A DNA stretch of 64,000 nt, from positions 64,390 to 128,389 of the forward strand of contig CAWKPA010000003.1 of NCBI GenBank assembly GCA_963851365.1, in the 5' to 3' direction. The DNA comes from an uncultured delta proteobacterium (GTDB taxonomy: Bacteria; Desulfobacterota; Binatia; DP-6). Positions 40,185 to 50,663 of this stretch are shown piece after piece; the first letter of the stretch is position 1; each line of letters opens with the position of its first letter. Both the position numbers and the translations under genes were made by a program. The notes beneath the pieces were generated by a model. The model was not told where the DNA came from. It was given only the letters and a program-made list of their open reading frames with translations, and ran no database searches.

Positions 40185-40465
40185 CGGAAGGCGATGTCCG
40201 GCATCAACGTGAGCACCATGCCGATGGCCAGCAGCAGCGGCGCCACGAGCAGCGCATAGAGCATCGGAGGGACGTTGTGCAGGTGCATGAAGTTGCGCAG
40301 CACGAGCACCGCCTTCACCGCCGCGATGCCGAAGATCAGCAGCAGTGCCGCCGTCTTCGACAGGTGGAGCTCGAAGACGAGCATGCCGAGGACCAGGAGC
40401 GCCACCAGCGCGCCCCAGATCCAGACGTACAACCGGGTGTTGTGATGGGCGGGGGCGTGGGTCAT
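40181..40465 (-). CDS. cytochrome c oxidase subunit IV (prokaryotic COX4 family)
   Basis: 94-aa, 3-TM protein. It sits directly downstream of ctaE with a 4-nt overlap to the next gene. Confidence 0.6.
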   Translation of the reverse strand: MTHAPAHHNTRLYVWIWGALVALLVLGMLVFELHLSKTAALLLIFGIAAVKAVLVLRNFMHLHNVPPMLYALLVAPLLLAIGMVLTLMPDIAFR

Positions 40466-40472
40466 CGCGTCC

Positions 40473-41069
40473 TCACGAGAGATAGAGCAGCGGAAAGAGG
40501 AATATCCAGACCACGTCGACGAAATGCCAGTACAGGCCGGCGTACTCCACCCGCTGCCGGATGGCGTGCCAGGTGGGCCGACCGATGGCGACGCCCACCG
40601 CGAAGATCCAGATCACCCCGATCAGCACGTGGAGCCCGTGCAGGCCGGTCATGCCGTAGTAGTACGACCAGAACGTCGAGGTGGCCGGCGTATAGCCGTG
40701 GTGGATCTCGGTCGAGTACTCGTAGGCCTTGTTGCAGAGGAAGACGAGGCCGAGGGCCGCCGTGACGAAGAGGAAGCGCTGGGCGCGCTTGTTGTCGCCC
40801 GCATCCGCGGCGGCATGCGCCTGGACGATGGTGAGGCTGCTCGTCACCAGCACCAGCGTATTGATGGCCGCGATGGTGGCGTTGAGATGCGTCATCTCCT
40901 CCGTCCATCCGCCATGCGCGATCCGCGAGAGGATGTACGCGCCGAGGAGTCCGCCGAACACCATGATCTCCGAGCTGAGGAACCACCACATGCCCACCCG
41001 ACCGATGGGCAATTCGCTCAACGTCCGGGGATGACCCGACGCCGCGTGGGGCTGGGACGTGGCCGTCAT
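40473..41069 (-). CDS. ctaE: cytochrome c oxidase subunit III
   Basis: MTATSQPHAASGHP...MWWFLSSEIMVFGGLLGAY...YYGMTGLHGLHVLIGVIW. Confidence 0.85.
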   Translation of the reverse strand: MTATSQPHAASGHPRTLSELPIGRVGMWWFLSSEIMVFGGLLGAYILSRIAHGGWTEEMTHLNATIAAINTLVLVTSSLTIVQAHAAADAGDNKRAQRFLFVTAALGLVFLCNKAYEYSTEIHHGYTPATSTFWSYYYGMTGLHGLHVLIGVIWIFAVGVAIGRPTWHAIRQRVEYAGLYWHFVDVVWIFLFPLLYLS

Positions 41070-41088
41070 GACGCGCACCTCCTCCGGT

Positions 41089-42831
41089 TCAGGACGCGGT
41101 GGCCGCAGCCGGAACGGTCTGCGGGATGTAGTCGGCCGTCTCGCCCGGCACGCTGTACTCGTACGGGTCCCGGTAGACCACCGGCACGGCGTGGAAGTTC
41201 CCGTGCGGCGGGGGCGACGACGTCTGCCACTCGAGCGTGTTGGCATGCCAGGGATTCGCGGGCGCCTTCGCGCCGGCCACCAGGCTCCACACCACGTTCA
41301 CCAGCAGCACCAGCTGGGAGAGGATCAGCACGATCGCCGCCACCGTCACGAAGGCGTGGATGGGCTGCGTCGGCTGCAGGAAGTCGTACTGGTAGGGGTT
41401 GTAGATGCGCCGGTGGTGCCCGCTCATCCCGACGAGGAAGAGCGGGATGAACACAAAGTTGAACGAGATGGTGGTGAGCCAGAAGTGCAGCTTGCCGAGC
41501 GGCTCGTTCAGCATCCGCCCGAACATCTTGGGGAACCAGAAGTAGAGCCCGGCGAGCCCGCCCAGGATCACGGACGGGAACAACGTGTAGTGGAAGTGCG
41601 CGACCACGAAGTAGGTGTCGTGCAGGTAGATGTCGACCGCCGCCGACCCGAGCGCGATGCCGGTGACGCCGCCGATCAGAAAGGTGGCGACGGTGCCCAG
41701 CGCGAAGAGCATCGGCGTGGTGAACTGGATCGACCCGCCGTAGAGCGTCGCGATCATGGCGAACATCATCACGGCGAACGGCACCGAGATCAGGATGGTG
41801 GTGATGCTGAACGGCGTGGCCAGCCGCGCGTCGATGCCGGAGATGAACATGTGGTGCGCCCACACGATGAAGCTGAGGGCGCCGGCCGCGATGGTGGCCC
41901 AGATGATGGCGCGGTAGCCGAACAGCGGCTTCCGCGCGAACACCGGCAGGATCTCCAGGATGATGCCGAAGCCGGGCAGCAGGATGACGTACACCTCGGG
42001 ATGCCCGAAGAACCAGAACAGGTGCTGCCAGAGCAGCGGGTCGCCGCCCCGGTCCGGCAGGAAGAAGCCCGTCCCGGCGACGCGGTCCAGCAGCATCATG
42101 ATGGCGCCGGCCACGAGCGGGCCCACCGACAGCATGAAGAGGACGGCCGCGGTGAGCTGCATCCACACCAGCATCGGCATGCGCATCAGGGTCATGCCCG
42201 GCGCCCGCATGTTGATCGCGGTGGTGAGGAAATTGACGCCGCCCATCAGGAACGACGCGAACTCGAGCGCCAGCGCGATGAGCCAGAGGTTGATGCCCCA
42301 GTTCGACGCCCGTGTAGGCGGCTTTCGCCGACAGCGGCGGATAGGCCGTCCACCCGCCCGCCGCCGCGCCGCCCTCGACGAAGAAGCGACGCCAGCAGCA
42401 CCAGCGACGCGAGTCCGAGCGTCCACACCGACATCATGTTGAGCCGCGGGAAACGCCATGTCCGGCGCGCCGACCATGATCGGCAGCAGGAAATTGCCGA
42501 AGGCGCCGAGCAGGATCGGCATGGCGGCGAAGAACACCATGATGGTGCCGTGCATCGTCACCAGCGAGATGTAGAACTCCGGCGGCACGATGCCTTCGTA
42601 CATGGTGGGCTCGGGCACCCAGCCCATGAGCGGCACCGCCGTCTCCGGCCAGGCCAGCTGCCAGCGCATCAGGTAGGCGGCGATGCCGCCGAGCACCGCC
42701 ATGAACGTGCCGATGCCGAGGTACTGCTTGCCGATCACCTTGTGATCGACGGAGAAGACGTATTTCGACCAGAATGTGGTGGGTTCGGGGTGTTCCGCGT
42801 GGTGCGGAACATGTGTGGCTGGCGTGCTCAT
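41089..42831 (-). CDS. ctaD: cytochrome c oxidase subunit I (aa3/caa3 type); contains a ~48-codon out-of-frame stretch near 42300-42450
   Basis: 580 aa from MSTPATHV. Canonical HGTIMVFF, WFFGHPEVYVILLPGFGI, HHMF, VAHFHY motifs. Residues 129-176 are non-homologous, consistent with paired indels. Confidence 0.9.
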   Translation of the reverse strand: MSTPATHVPHHAEHPEPTTFWSKYVFSVDHKVIGKQYLGIGTFMAVLGGIAAYLMRWQLAWPETAVPLMGWVPEPTMYEGIVPPEFYISLVTMHGTIMVFFAAMPILLGAFGNFLLPIMVGAPDMAFPAAQHDVGVDARTRVAGAAGVASSSRAARRRAGGRPIRRCRRKPPTRASNWGINLWLIALALEFASFLMGGVNFLTTAINMRAPGMTLMRMPMLVWMQLTAAVLFMLSVGPLVAGAIMMLLDRVAGTGFFLPDRGGDPLLWQHLFWFFGHPEVYVILLPGFGIILEILPVFARKPLFGYRAIIWATIAAGALSFIVWAHHMFISGIDARLATPFSITTILISVPFAVMMFAMIATLYGGSIQFTTPMLFALGTVATFLIGGVTGIALGSAAVDIYLHDTYFVVAHFHYTLFPSVILGGLAGLYFWFPKMFGRMLNEPLGKLHFWLTTISFNFVFIPLFLVGMSGHHRRIYNPYQYDFLQPTQPIHAFVTVAAIVLILSQLVLLVNVVWSLVAGAKAPANPWHANTLEWQTSSPPPHGNFHAVPVVYRDPYEYSVPGETADYIPQTVPAAATAS

Positions 42832-42862
42832 GCGACCGTCCCTCCCCTGCTCGCTTGCCGGT

Positions 42863-43540
42863 TCACTTGGCGGCTCGCGCGATGCGGTCGGCGACCCATT
42901 GCTTGTAGTCGTCCGGCCTGTGGACCTCCAGGAAGCCCCGCATCGTGTAATGCCCGAAGCCGCACAGCTCCGCACACGGCAGCTCGTAGCGGCCCGGCAC
43001 CGTCGCGTTGAACCAGCCCTTGATGGCGCGGCCCGGCACGACGTCCTGCTTGAGCCGCACCGTCGGGATGAAGAAGCTGTGGAGGACGTCCTCCGAGGTG
43101 AGCGTGAAGTGGACGTTCTCGCCCGCCGGCACGTGGAGCTCGTTGTCCATCGCGAAGTCGTCGTCGGTGCCGAGCTTGCCGTCGGCACCGGGATACTTGA
43201 AGGCCCAGTTGAACTGTTTGCCGACCACGCCGACCTCGACGCCGCCGGCCGGCGCGTGCTCCTTGATCTTCGCCCAGACGGGCGCGCCGAGGCCGTCGAG
43301 CCAGAGGTCCAGCCCGAGCACGATCGTGGCCGGGACCAGCACCCACGCCAGCTGCGACCAGTTCTCGCCGCGGACGTACGCCGCCCGGACGCCCGGCTTC
43401 CGGCGGTAGCGCAGGATGAACCACAGCAGCACCACCTCGGCGGCAATGAACCATGCGCCGACCACGTAGTAGATGGTGGCGAACACACGGTCGATGTCCC
43501 CTCCGAACGTGGAGATGTTCGATGGCAACCAGCTCATCAT
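42863..43540 (-). CDS. coxB: cytochrome c oxidase subunit II (CuA centre)
   Basis: Two N-terminal TM helices and CuA ligands H...CAELCGFGHYTM. Confidence 0.85.
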   Translation of the reverse strand: MMSWLPSNISTFGGDIDRVFATIYYVVGAWFIAAEVVLLWFILRYRRKPGVRAAYVRGENWSQLAWVLVPATIVLGLDLWLDGLGAPVWAKIKEHAPAGGVEVGVVGKQFNWAFKYPGADGKLGTDDDFAMDNELHVPAGENVHFTLTSEDVLHSFFIPTVRLKQDVVPGRAIKGWFNATVPGRYELPCAELCGFGHYTMRGFLEVHRPDDYKQWVADRIARAAK

Positions 43541-43696
43541 GCGCGACTGGCCTCCTCGTTCCGATCTCGTCCTCGAGCAAGCACCTTCCCGAGAGCGGGC
43601 GCCTTCCTAGCATCGAGTGCCCTCGGGGGTCCACACCGGGGCGGGGCGCCCGGCGGCTTGACGCGGGCGCGGGCCCGTTGCTAGCGACCCCGGGGC

Positions 43697-44509
43697 GTGA
43701 GCGTCGGACACCGTCCATCGCGCGCCGAGATCGACGCGGCGCGGCTTTTGCTGGCGCCATGGCGCTGGCTGACCGCGCCGCAGTTCGAGGGGGTCGAGCA
43801 CGTGCCCCGCGACCGCCCCTTCCTGCTGGCCGGCAACCATACCCTGATGGGCGTGCTCGATTCGCCGCTCCTCGTCTTGGGCCTCTGGGAACGATGCGGC
43901 GTCTTCGTCCGGTCGCTGGGCGACCACCTGCACTTCCAGGTGCCGCTCTGGCGGGACCTGCTGAACCGCTTTGGCGTGGTCGACGGCACGCCCGAACACG
44001 TGCACGCGCTCATGGCCGGGGGCGAGTCGATCCTGGTGTTCCCCGGCGGCGGGCGCGAGGTCTTCAAGCGCAAGGGCGAGAGCTACACGCTGATCTGGGG
44101 GCGGCGCACCGGCTTCGCCCGTCTGGCGGTGGAGCACGGGTATCCCATCGTCCCGGTCTCGGCCGTCGGCGCCGACGACGCCTTCGACATCCTGGCCGAC
44201 GCCGACGACCTGCTGGCGTCGCCGCTCGGGCCGCTCATCCGGCGGCTCGCGCCCCGCCCCGACGTCGTGCCCCCGGTGCTCCGCGGGATCGGCCCGACCG
44301 CGCTGCCACGCCCCGAGCGCTTCTACTTCCGCCTCGCGCCACCGATCGAGACCGCGCACCTGGGCGGGGCGGCGGCCGACGAGGCCGCGGTCTTCGCCGT
44401 GCGCGAGGCGGTGCGGTGCGCCATCGAGGAGGGCCTGGTCGCCCTCCTGGTCGAGCGCGAACGCGACCCCGACCGCGCGCTCCTGCCGCGCATGTTGCAC
44501 CGCCGCTGA
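43697..44509 (+). CDS. lysophospholipid acyltransferase family protein (PlsC-like)
   Basis: [11 protein letters not shown] (the NHxxxxD motif) and VFPGGGREV (an FPEGTR-like motif). Confidence 0.6.
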   Translation: MSVGHRPSRAEIDAARLLLAPWRWLTAPQFEGVEHVPRDRPFLLAGNHTLMGVLDSPLLVLGLWERCGVFVRSLGDHLHFQVPLWRDLLNRFGVVDGTPEHVHALMAGGESILVFPGGGREVFKRKGESYTLIWGRRTGFARLAVEHGYPIVPVSAVGADDAFDILADADDLLASPLGPLIRRLAPRPDVVPPVLRGIGPTALPRPERFYFRLAPPIETAHLGGAAADEAAVFAVREAVRCAIEEGLVALLVERERDPDRALLPRMLHRR

Positions 44510-44520
44510 GGCGGGCGGTC

Positions 44521-46355
44521 CTACTCGACCGTCACGCTCTTCGCCAGGTTGCGCGGCTGGTCGACGTCGGTGCCGCGGTAGACCGCCACGTGGTACGCCA
44601 GCAACTGGAGCGGCAGGGTCAGCAGGATCGGGGTCAGCAGCTCGTTGGTGGCGGGCACCTCGAGCACTTCCCACGCGACGTCTTCCAGGTCCTCGGTGCG
44701 GCGCGTCGGTCACCACGATGATGCGGCCGCCGCGGGCTTCGACTTCCTTCAGGTTCGAGAGCGTCTTCTCGAACACGGCGTCGTGCGGGATCAGCACCAC
44801 CACCGGCATCTCGTCGTTGATGAGCGCGATCGGACCGTGCTTCATCTCGCCCGCCGGGTAGCCCTCGGCGTGGATGTACGAGATCTCCTTCAGCTTGAGC
44901 GCGCCCTCGAGCGCGACCGGGTAGTTGACGCCGCGGCCGAGGTAGAGAATGTCCTGCGCCTGGCCGTACTTCTTCGCGACGCGCTCGATCAGCTTCTCGC
45001 GGCCGAGCGCCTCCTTCACCAGCGCCGGCAAGGCCACCAGGTCGCTCAGCAGCTGGCGGCCACGGTCCGCGTCGATCGCGCCGCGCTGACGCCCGAGGTA
45101 GAGCGCCAGCAGGTAGAGCGCGGTGAGCTGGGTCGTGAACGCCTTGGTGCTGGCGACGCTGATCTCGGGACCGGCGTGGGTGTAGAGCACGCGCGTCGCG
45201 CGACGCGCGATCGACGAGTCGACGACGTTGCAGATCGCCAGGACCGGCACGCCGCGCTCGCGGCCGGCTTCCACGGCGGCCAGCGTGTCGGCCGTCTCGC
45301 CGGACTGCGACACGACGATCAGCAGCGTGCCGGGCTCGAGGACCGGGTCGCGGTAGCGGAACTCGCTGCCGTAGTCGACCTCGCACGGGATGCCGGCGAG
45401 CCGCTCGATGAGGAACTTGCCGACCAGGCAGGCGTGCCAGGCCGTGCCGCAGGCGACGAGCACGCAGCGCTTCGACCTCCGCCGGCAGACTGTTGCCGTG
45501 ACCTCGACGTCGAGCTGGACGTCGCCCTCCTCCTGCAGGATGCGGCCGCGCATGGTGTCGATGATCGCCTGCGGCTGCTCGTGGATCTCCTTCAGCAGGA
45601 AGTGCTTGTAGCCGCCCTTCTGCGCCGTCACGGCGTCCCAGGCGACCGACCTTCGGCTCCCGCTCGACCGGCGCGCCGTCGAAGGTGGTGATGACCGCCC
45701 GATCGGCCGTCAACTCCGCGATCTCACCGTCCTCCAGGAAGACGACGTCGCCGCGTGTGCTCGAGCATGGCGGGGATGTCGGAGGCCACGAAGTTCTCGC
45801 CGTCGCCGAGCCCGAGCACGATCGGCGTGGCGCTCTTGGCGGCGATCAGCGGTCCGGTTCGCGTCTCGGAGAGCACGACGATCGCGTACGAGCCCTGCAG
45901 CTTCGCGATGGCGCGGCGGGTCGCCTCGGCGAGGCCGAGCCCTTCGCCCACGAGCTCGTCGATCAGGTGCGAGATGACCTCGGTGTCGGTCTCCGACGCC
46001 ATGGCGCGACCCGCGCTGCCAGCGCGTGCGCGCAGCTCGAGGAAGTTCTCGATGATCCCGTTGTGGATGACCACGACCTTCGCCCGCGCGATGCGGGTGG
46101 GCGTTCTGCTCCGACGGCCGCCCGTGCGTCGCCCAGCGGGTGTGGCCGATGCCCGGCGTGCCCGGCAAGCGGCTGTTCGCGCAGCATCGCGTCCAGGTTG
46201 TCGAGCTTGCCGACGCAGCGCCGGACGTCGATGCGCCCGCCATGGATGGTGGCCAGCCCGGCCGAATCGTAGCCCCGGTACTCGAGCTTGCGCAGCCCCG
46301 CCACGAGAACGGGAGTGGCCTCCCGATGACCGACGTATCCGACGATTCCACACAT
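44521..46355 (-). CDS. glmS: glutamine--fructose-6-phosphate aminotransferase; reading frame split across 3-4 ORFs (indel errors)
   Basis: N-terminus MCGIVGYVG...[10 protein letters not shown] (45963-46355). Glutaminase domain middle (45724-46353). Isomerase SIS domains (about 44520-45631). It ends ...TVE. Confidence 0.9.
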
Positions 46356-46367
46356 GACGTTTGGTCT

Positions 46368-47783
46368 CTACTTCCCTTTGCGCTGGCGGGCGCGGAAGCG
46401 CTCCACCCAGCCTTCGATGAGCTTGATCGGCGTGCGGCTGACGGCCAGCGCCCCCGCGGGCACGTCACGCGTCACCGTGGTGCCCGCCGCCACGTACGCG
46501 TCGTCCGCGACGTGCACCGGCGCCACGAGCTGCGTGTCGCTGCCGATCTGCACGCGGGCGCCGATCGTCGGTCCGATGCTTCGCGAACCCGTCGTAGTTG
46601 CAGGTGATGGTGCCGGCGCCGACGTTGGTGTCCGGCCCGATCTCGCAGTCGCCCAGGTAGGTCAGGTGGTTCGCCTTCGTCCCGGCGCCCACCACGGCCT
46701 TCTTGGTCTCGACGAAGTTGCCGATGTGCACGCGTTCCGCCAGCTCCGTCCCCGGCCGCAGGCGGGCGATAGGGACCGATGACGGCGTCGGCGCCGACCT
46801 GCGCCTCGTGGACCCAGCAGCCGAACAGCAGGTGGACGCCGTCGCCGAGGGTGGCGTCGAGCAGCCAGGACGTGCCGTCGAGCCGGCAGCCGCGGCCGAT
46901 CCGCGTGCGGCCGCGGATCGTCACGTTCGGCCCGACGACCGTGTCGGGTTCGATCTCGACGTCGGGGCCGACGTAGGCGGTCGCCGGGTCTTCGAACGTC
47001 ACGCCGGCCGCCATGAGGCGCTCGACGGTCTCGCAGGCGGAGCGCCGTCTCGACGCGGGCCAGCTCCGCGCGGGTGTTGATGCCCGCCACCTCGTTGGGC
47101 CGGTCCGTCTCGACGCGCGATCACGCGCCGGCCACCGCTCGCCGCCAGCCCGACGATGTCCGTGAGGTAGAACTCGCGCTGCGCGTTGTCGTCGCGCAGC
47201 GCCGCCGACCAGCTCGCGCAGGACGGGCGCGCGCACGCAGTAGAAGCCGGGATTCACCTCGGTGATGGCGCGTTCCGCCGGCGTGGCGTCGCGCTCCTCG
47301 ACGATGCCCCGCACGCGCCCATCGGGTTCCCGCACGATGCGCCCGTACCCCGTGGGATCGGCGTACCGCACGGTCAGGAGGGACAGATCGGCCCGCTCGG
47401 CGCGGTGCGCCTCGACGAGGCCCTGGAGGGTGTCGGCCCGGATGAGGGGCGCGTCGCCATAGAGGACGAGGACGTCGCCCTCCCCGCCGTCCAGCGCCGG
47501 CAAGGCGCAGCGGACCGCATGCCCCGTACCGCGCTGCTCCTCCTGGAGCACGCTACGGATGCCCGGCCCGGCCGACGCTTGGGCGGCCCGGCGGACGGCG
47601 TCGGCCTGGTGGCCGACCACCACGACCACGGGCGCCGCCCCGACCGCCCGCAGCGCGGTCAGCGGGTAGTGGAGGAGCGGCCGGCCCCCGAGCTCGTGGA
47701 GCACCTTGGCCCGGCGTGGAGTGCATCCGGGTTCCGAGGCCGGCGGCGAGCACGATCGCCCCAACAGGGTCCTGTCCCATCAC
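46368..47783 (-). CDS. glmU: bifunctional UDP-N-acetylglucosamine pyrophosphorylase / glucosamine-1-phosphate acetyltransferase; frame-split
   Basis: N-terminus [12 protein letters not shown] (47553-47783). Central region in ORF 46472-47764. C-terminal left-handed beta-helix hexapeptide repeats (46368-46553). Confidence 0.9.
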
Positions 47784-47857
47784 GGTCGCCGCGACCTATC
47801 ACATTCCCCGCACTGCTGCATGACCGGGGTTGCTCAAACCCCGGGCTTTACGGGAAA

Positions 47858-48454
47858 ATGGGACGCATGGTGCGGGGAATCCGTGTCGCGGCGACGTGGC
47901 TGGCGGTGGTGGGTCTGGTCGGGGTGTTGGGCGCCGGGTGCGCGGGCACCAAGCGACAACGGATACTGGCCGACGAGGATCGGCTCGACTGGGCCCGCAA
48001 CGAGCCCAGCTTCGTGGTGATCCGGAAGTCGTGCAAGACGCTCGACGTGTATCGCTACGGCGAGCGCGTGCGCAGCTACCCCGCGGTGTTCGGGCAGGCC
48101 GGCGCCAAGGGCGGGCGGAAGCTGTTCGAAGGCGACATGCGAACGCCGACGGGTCTCTACGCGATCATCGCCGACCGCTGGCACGATCGCTGGGAACACT
48201 TCTTCCTGCTCGACTACCCGAACGCCGCCGACGCGCAGCGCTACCGTGTCGCCATGTCGCAGGGCCAGATCCCGGTGCGCGGCGCGCAGCCCGTCGGCAT
48301 CGGCAGCGCCATCGGCATCCACGGCAGCGACAAGCCCTGGCTGAACCGCCAGGGCATCGACTGGACGTGGGGGTGTATCTCGATCGACAGCGCCGCCGCG
48401 CGCGAGCTGAAGTCCTACGCCGGCGCCGGCACGCCGGTGCTGATCCTCGAGTGA
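47858..48454 (+). CDS. L,D-transpeptidase (YkuD domain) lipoprotein
   Basis: Signal peptide with Cys, GDMRTPTGLY, catalytic HG...GTWGCISI. Confidence 0.8.
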   Translation: MGRMVRGIRVAATWLAVVGLVGVLGAGCAGTKRQRILADEDRLDWARNEPSFVVIRKSCKTLDVYRYGERVRSYPAVFGQAGAKGGRKLFEGDMRTPTGLYAIIADRWHDRWEHFFLLDYPNAADAQRYRVAMSQGQIPVRGAQPVGIGSAIGIHGSDKPWLNRQGIDWTWGCISIDSAAARELKSYAGAGTPVLILE

Positions 48455-48501
48455 CCGCGGGCGCCGGCGCGCCCGCGGCTCCGCGCCGCGCGCGCCGCCC
48501 G

Positions 48502-49114
48502 CTACAGCCGCTCGCGCACCGCCCGCGTCACCGCGCTGGCGCCCAAGCCGAAGAAGTGATCCGCACCGTCCACGAGGACGAGGTCCGCGCCCGTGGCCGC
48601 CAGCAGCGCGTCGAGCCGGTCGCGCGGGCAGAAGGTGTCCCGTTCGCCCACCACCACGGTGAGCGGCGCGCCCATGTCGGCCGCGAAGGTCCACGGAAAG
48701 ACGCGGAGCGGCGGGGCGATGGCGATCACCCGGCGAACGCCAGGCAGCGCCATCGCGGCCTGCGCCCCGACCCAGGCCCCGAACGAGTACCCGAGGATGG
48801 CGAGCGGCGCGTCCGCCGGCAGCGCGTCGCGGAGCGCCGCGGCGGCCGCACGGGCGTCGCGCACCTCCTCGACGCCACCGGTGTACCCGCCCCCGCTCGC
48901 GCCTACGCCGCCGAAGTTGAACCGCAGCGCGCTCCAGCCGGCCTCGACGCAGCCGCGGACGGCCGCGAGGACGACGTGGCTGTCCATGTCGCCGCCGTAT
49001 TCGGGGTGTGGGTGGCAGACCACCGCCCCACCGCGCGGCGGCGCACCCGGCTCGGCGAGCCGCGCCTCGAGCAGCCGGGGCGCGGCGCCGATGGTGAGCG
49101 GACGGTCGCGCAGG
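48502..49114 (-). CDS. alpha/beta hydrolase (dienelactone-hydrolase-like); start codon unresolved
   Basis: AVVCHPHPEYGG, GYSFGAWVG nucleophile elbow, DHFF. There is no canonical start near the SCP2 stop. Confidence 0.55.
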
Positions 49115-49115
49115 G

Positions 49116-49673
49116 TCAGGCGGTGAGCGCGGCCACCTGCATCATGAACGCCATGTCGCCCTCGATGCGGAGCCGGCCGGTCATGAACGCTTCCTGCCCG
49201 TTCAGCTTGCCTTCCTGCATGGCCACGAAGTCGGCGAGCTTCATCTTGAGGACGGTGCGCGGGCTCTCGGCGCCGTTGAACTTCATCTCGAGCTTGAAGG
49301 GATCGGCGCCGTCCCGCGCCAGCTCCTGGGCGATCGTGCCCTTCAACATCTTGGCGCGGCCGCTGGTGTCGGGCCGCCCGGGGCGGCTCGCGGGAAGCAA
49401 CACCGTGGGCGCCGCCCCGTTGCGGGAGTGGATGGCGTCCAGGAAATCGTCGAGCGAGAGGGTGAAGGTGAGGATCGCCTCGCCCGTCCCCTGCTTGGTG
49501 ATCATGGCGCCGTCCGTGATCGCGACGTGCCACGCGCCGCCGCCGTCACCCTGCACGTGGTACTGCATGCTGAAATCCTGCGGGACGGCGTTGCCGACTT
49601 CCTTCTGCGCGGCGAATCCCGCGGGGAGCAGCTGCTCGAAGAACTGCTGCGGCGTGACCTGTTCCTCTGCCAT
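49116..49673 (-). CDS. SCP2 sterol-binding domain protein
   Basis: 185 aa. FKLEMKFNGAESPRTVLKMKLADFVAMQEGKLNGQEAFMTGRLRIEGDMAFMMQV. Confidence 0.75.
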   Translation of the reverse strand: MAEEQVTPQQFFEQLLPAGFAAQKEVGNAVPQDFSMQYHVQGDGGGAWHVAITDGAMITKQGTGEAILTFTLSLDDFLDAIHSRNGAAPTVLLPASRPGRPDTSGRAKMLKGTIAQELARDGADPFKLEMKFNGAESPRTVLKMKLADFVAMQEGKLNGQEAFMTGRLRIEGDMAFMMQVAALTA

Positions 49674-49817
49674 GGGCGATCTCCTTTGCGGGCCCGTTCA
49701 TGCCACTGGCGACACATCCTCGGCAAACGCTCGCGGGCGAGCCGCCGGAAGGCCGGCGCGATTGGCACGAACCCGCCGCCCAACGGAACCGCCCGAGCCG
49801 CCCGGCGCGCGGCCGGC

Positions 49818-50663
49818 TCACTCCACGAGGCGCACCCGGCTCCGATGCACGTACCCCGCCACGCCCTGCCGGGTGGTGACGGGCCACCAATCCCCGGGCG
49901 AGACCCTGGTGGTGAAGGGCTCGCCCTCGACGATCCGGGTGACGACGCCGAACGCGGCCCCCGGTCCGGACCGGACGTTGGTGAAGCCGTCCGGATCGTT
50001 GATCACCGCGCGCGCGCTCCCGGGCTCGACCGGCGCCGGCGCGGTCGCCGGCGGCGAGGTCGGCGCCGGGCCCCGCTCCGGCGCCGCCGGCGGGGGTGGA
50101 ACGGGCGCCGGCACGGGCCGTTCCCGCCCGCGCATGGAGAGTCCCGCCACGAGCGCGGCGCCGAGGGCGACGGCGCCCGCGATGGCCGGCCATCCGGCAC
50201 GGCCACCGGGTCGGGGTGGCGCGGACGCCGGCGGCGGGGTTCGCGGGGTGTCCGGCGGCGACTTCGAGCGACCACGCGCGAGCAGCCGCCCGATGTCGTC
50301 CGCCAGCTGGTCGAACTCCGGCGACGCCTCGCCGGGGGTCCAGCGTCGCAGGTCCGCCGTCTGGATCTCCCGGAAGCCTCGCGGCGGCGCGACGTCGTCG
50401 AGCAGGACCGGCACCAGGACCCCGCGCTGCTTGGCGTCCTCGGCCTCCTCGGACACCCAGCTCGAGCCGGTCGAATCGCGCGACCAGGCGACGAGCACGC
50501 AGCGCGCCTCCTCGAGCGCCGTCCCGATGTAGCTGCGCCAGGTTTCTCCGGCGGGAATCCGCCGGTCCCAGAACACCGACCACCCCCGCCGTTCCAGCCC
50601 GGCGATGAGCGGCTGGATCCGCGCGGCGTCCTCCCGGGCGTAGCTGACGAAGATGTCGGTCAT
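49818..50663 (-). CDS. TIR-domain protein with a central TM helix and C-terminal bacterial SH3 (SH3b) domain
   Basis: 281 aa. N-terminal TIR_2-type domain MTDIFVSYAREDAARIQPLIAGLERRGWSVFWD...VLVAWSRDSTGSSWVSEEAEDA. Pro-rich linker. TM WPAIAGAVALGAALVAGL. C-terminal SH3_3-like INDPDGFTNVRSGPG...GDWWPVTTRQGVAGYVHRSRV. Confidence 0.75.
   Translation of the reverse strand: MTDIFVSYAREDAARIQPLIAGLERRGWSVFWDRRIPAGETWRSYIGTALEEARCVLVAWSRDSTGSSWVSEEAEDAKQRGVLVPVLLDDVAPPRGFREIQTADLRRWTPGEASPEFDQLADDIGRLLARGRSKSPPDTPRTPPPASAPPRPGGRAGWPAIAGAVALGAALVAGLSMRGRERPVPAPVPPPPAAPERGPAPTSPPATAPAPVEPGSARAVINDPDGFTNVRSGPGAAFGVVTRIVEGEPFTTRVSPGDWWPVTTRQGVAGYVHRSRVRLVE

Noticed and set aside
44521-47783. Calling glmS and glmU pseudogenes because of multiple frameshifts
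   Set aside because: Both genes are essential and otherwise perfectly conserved end to end. Indel sequencing error is far more parsimonious. This also applies to ctaD.
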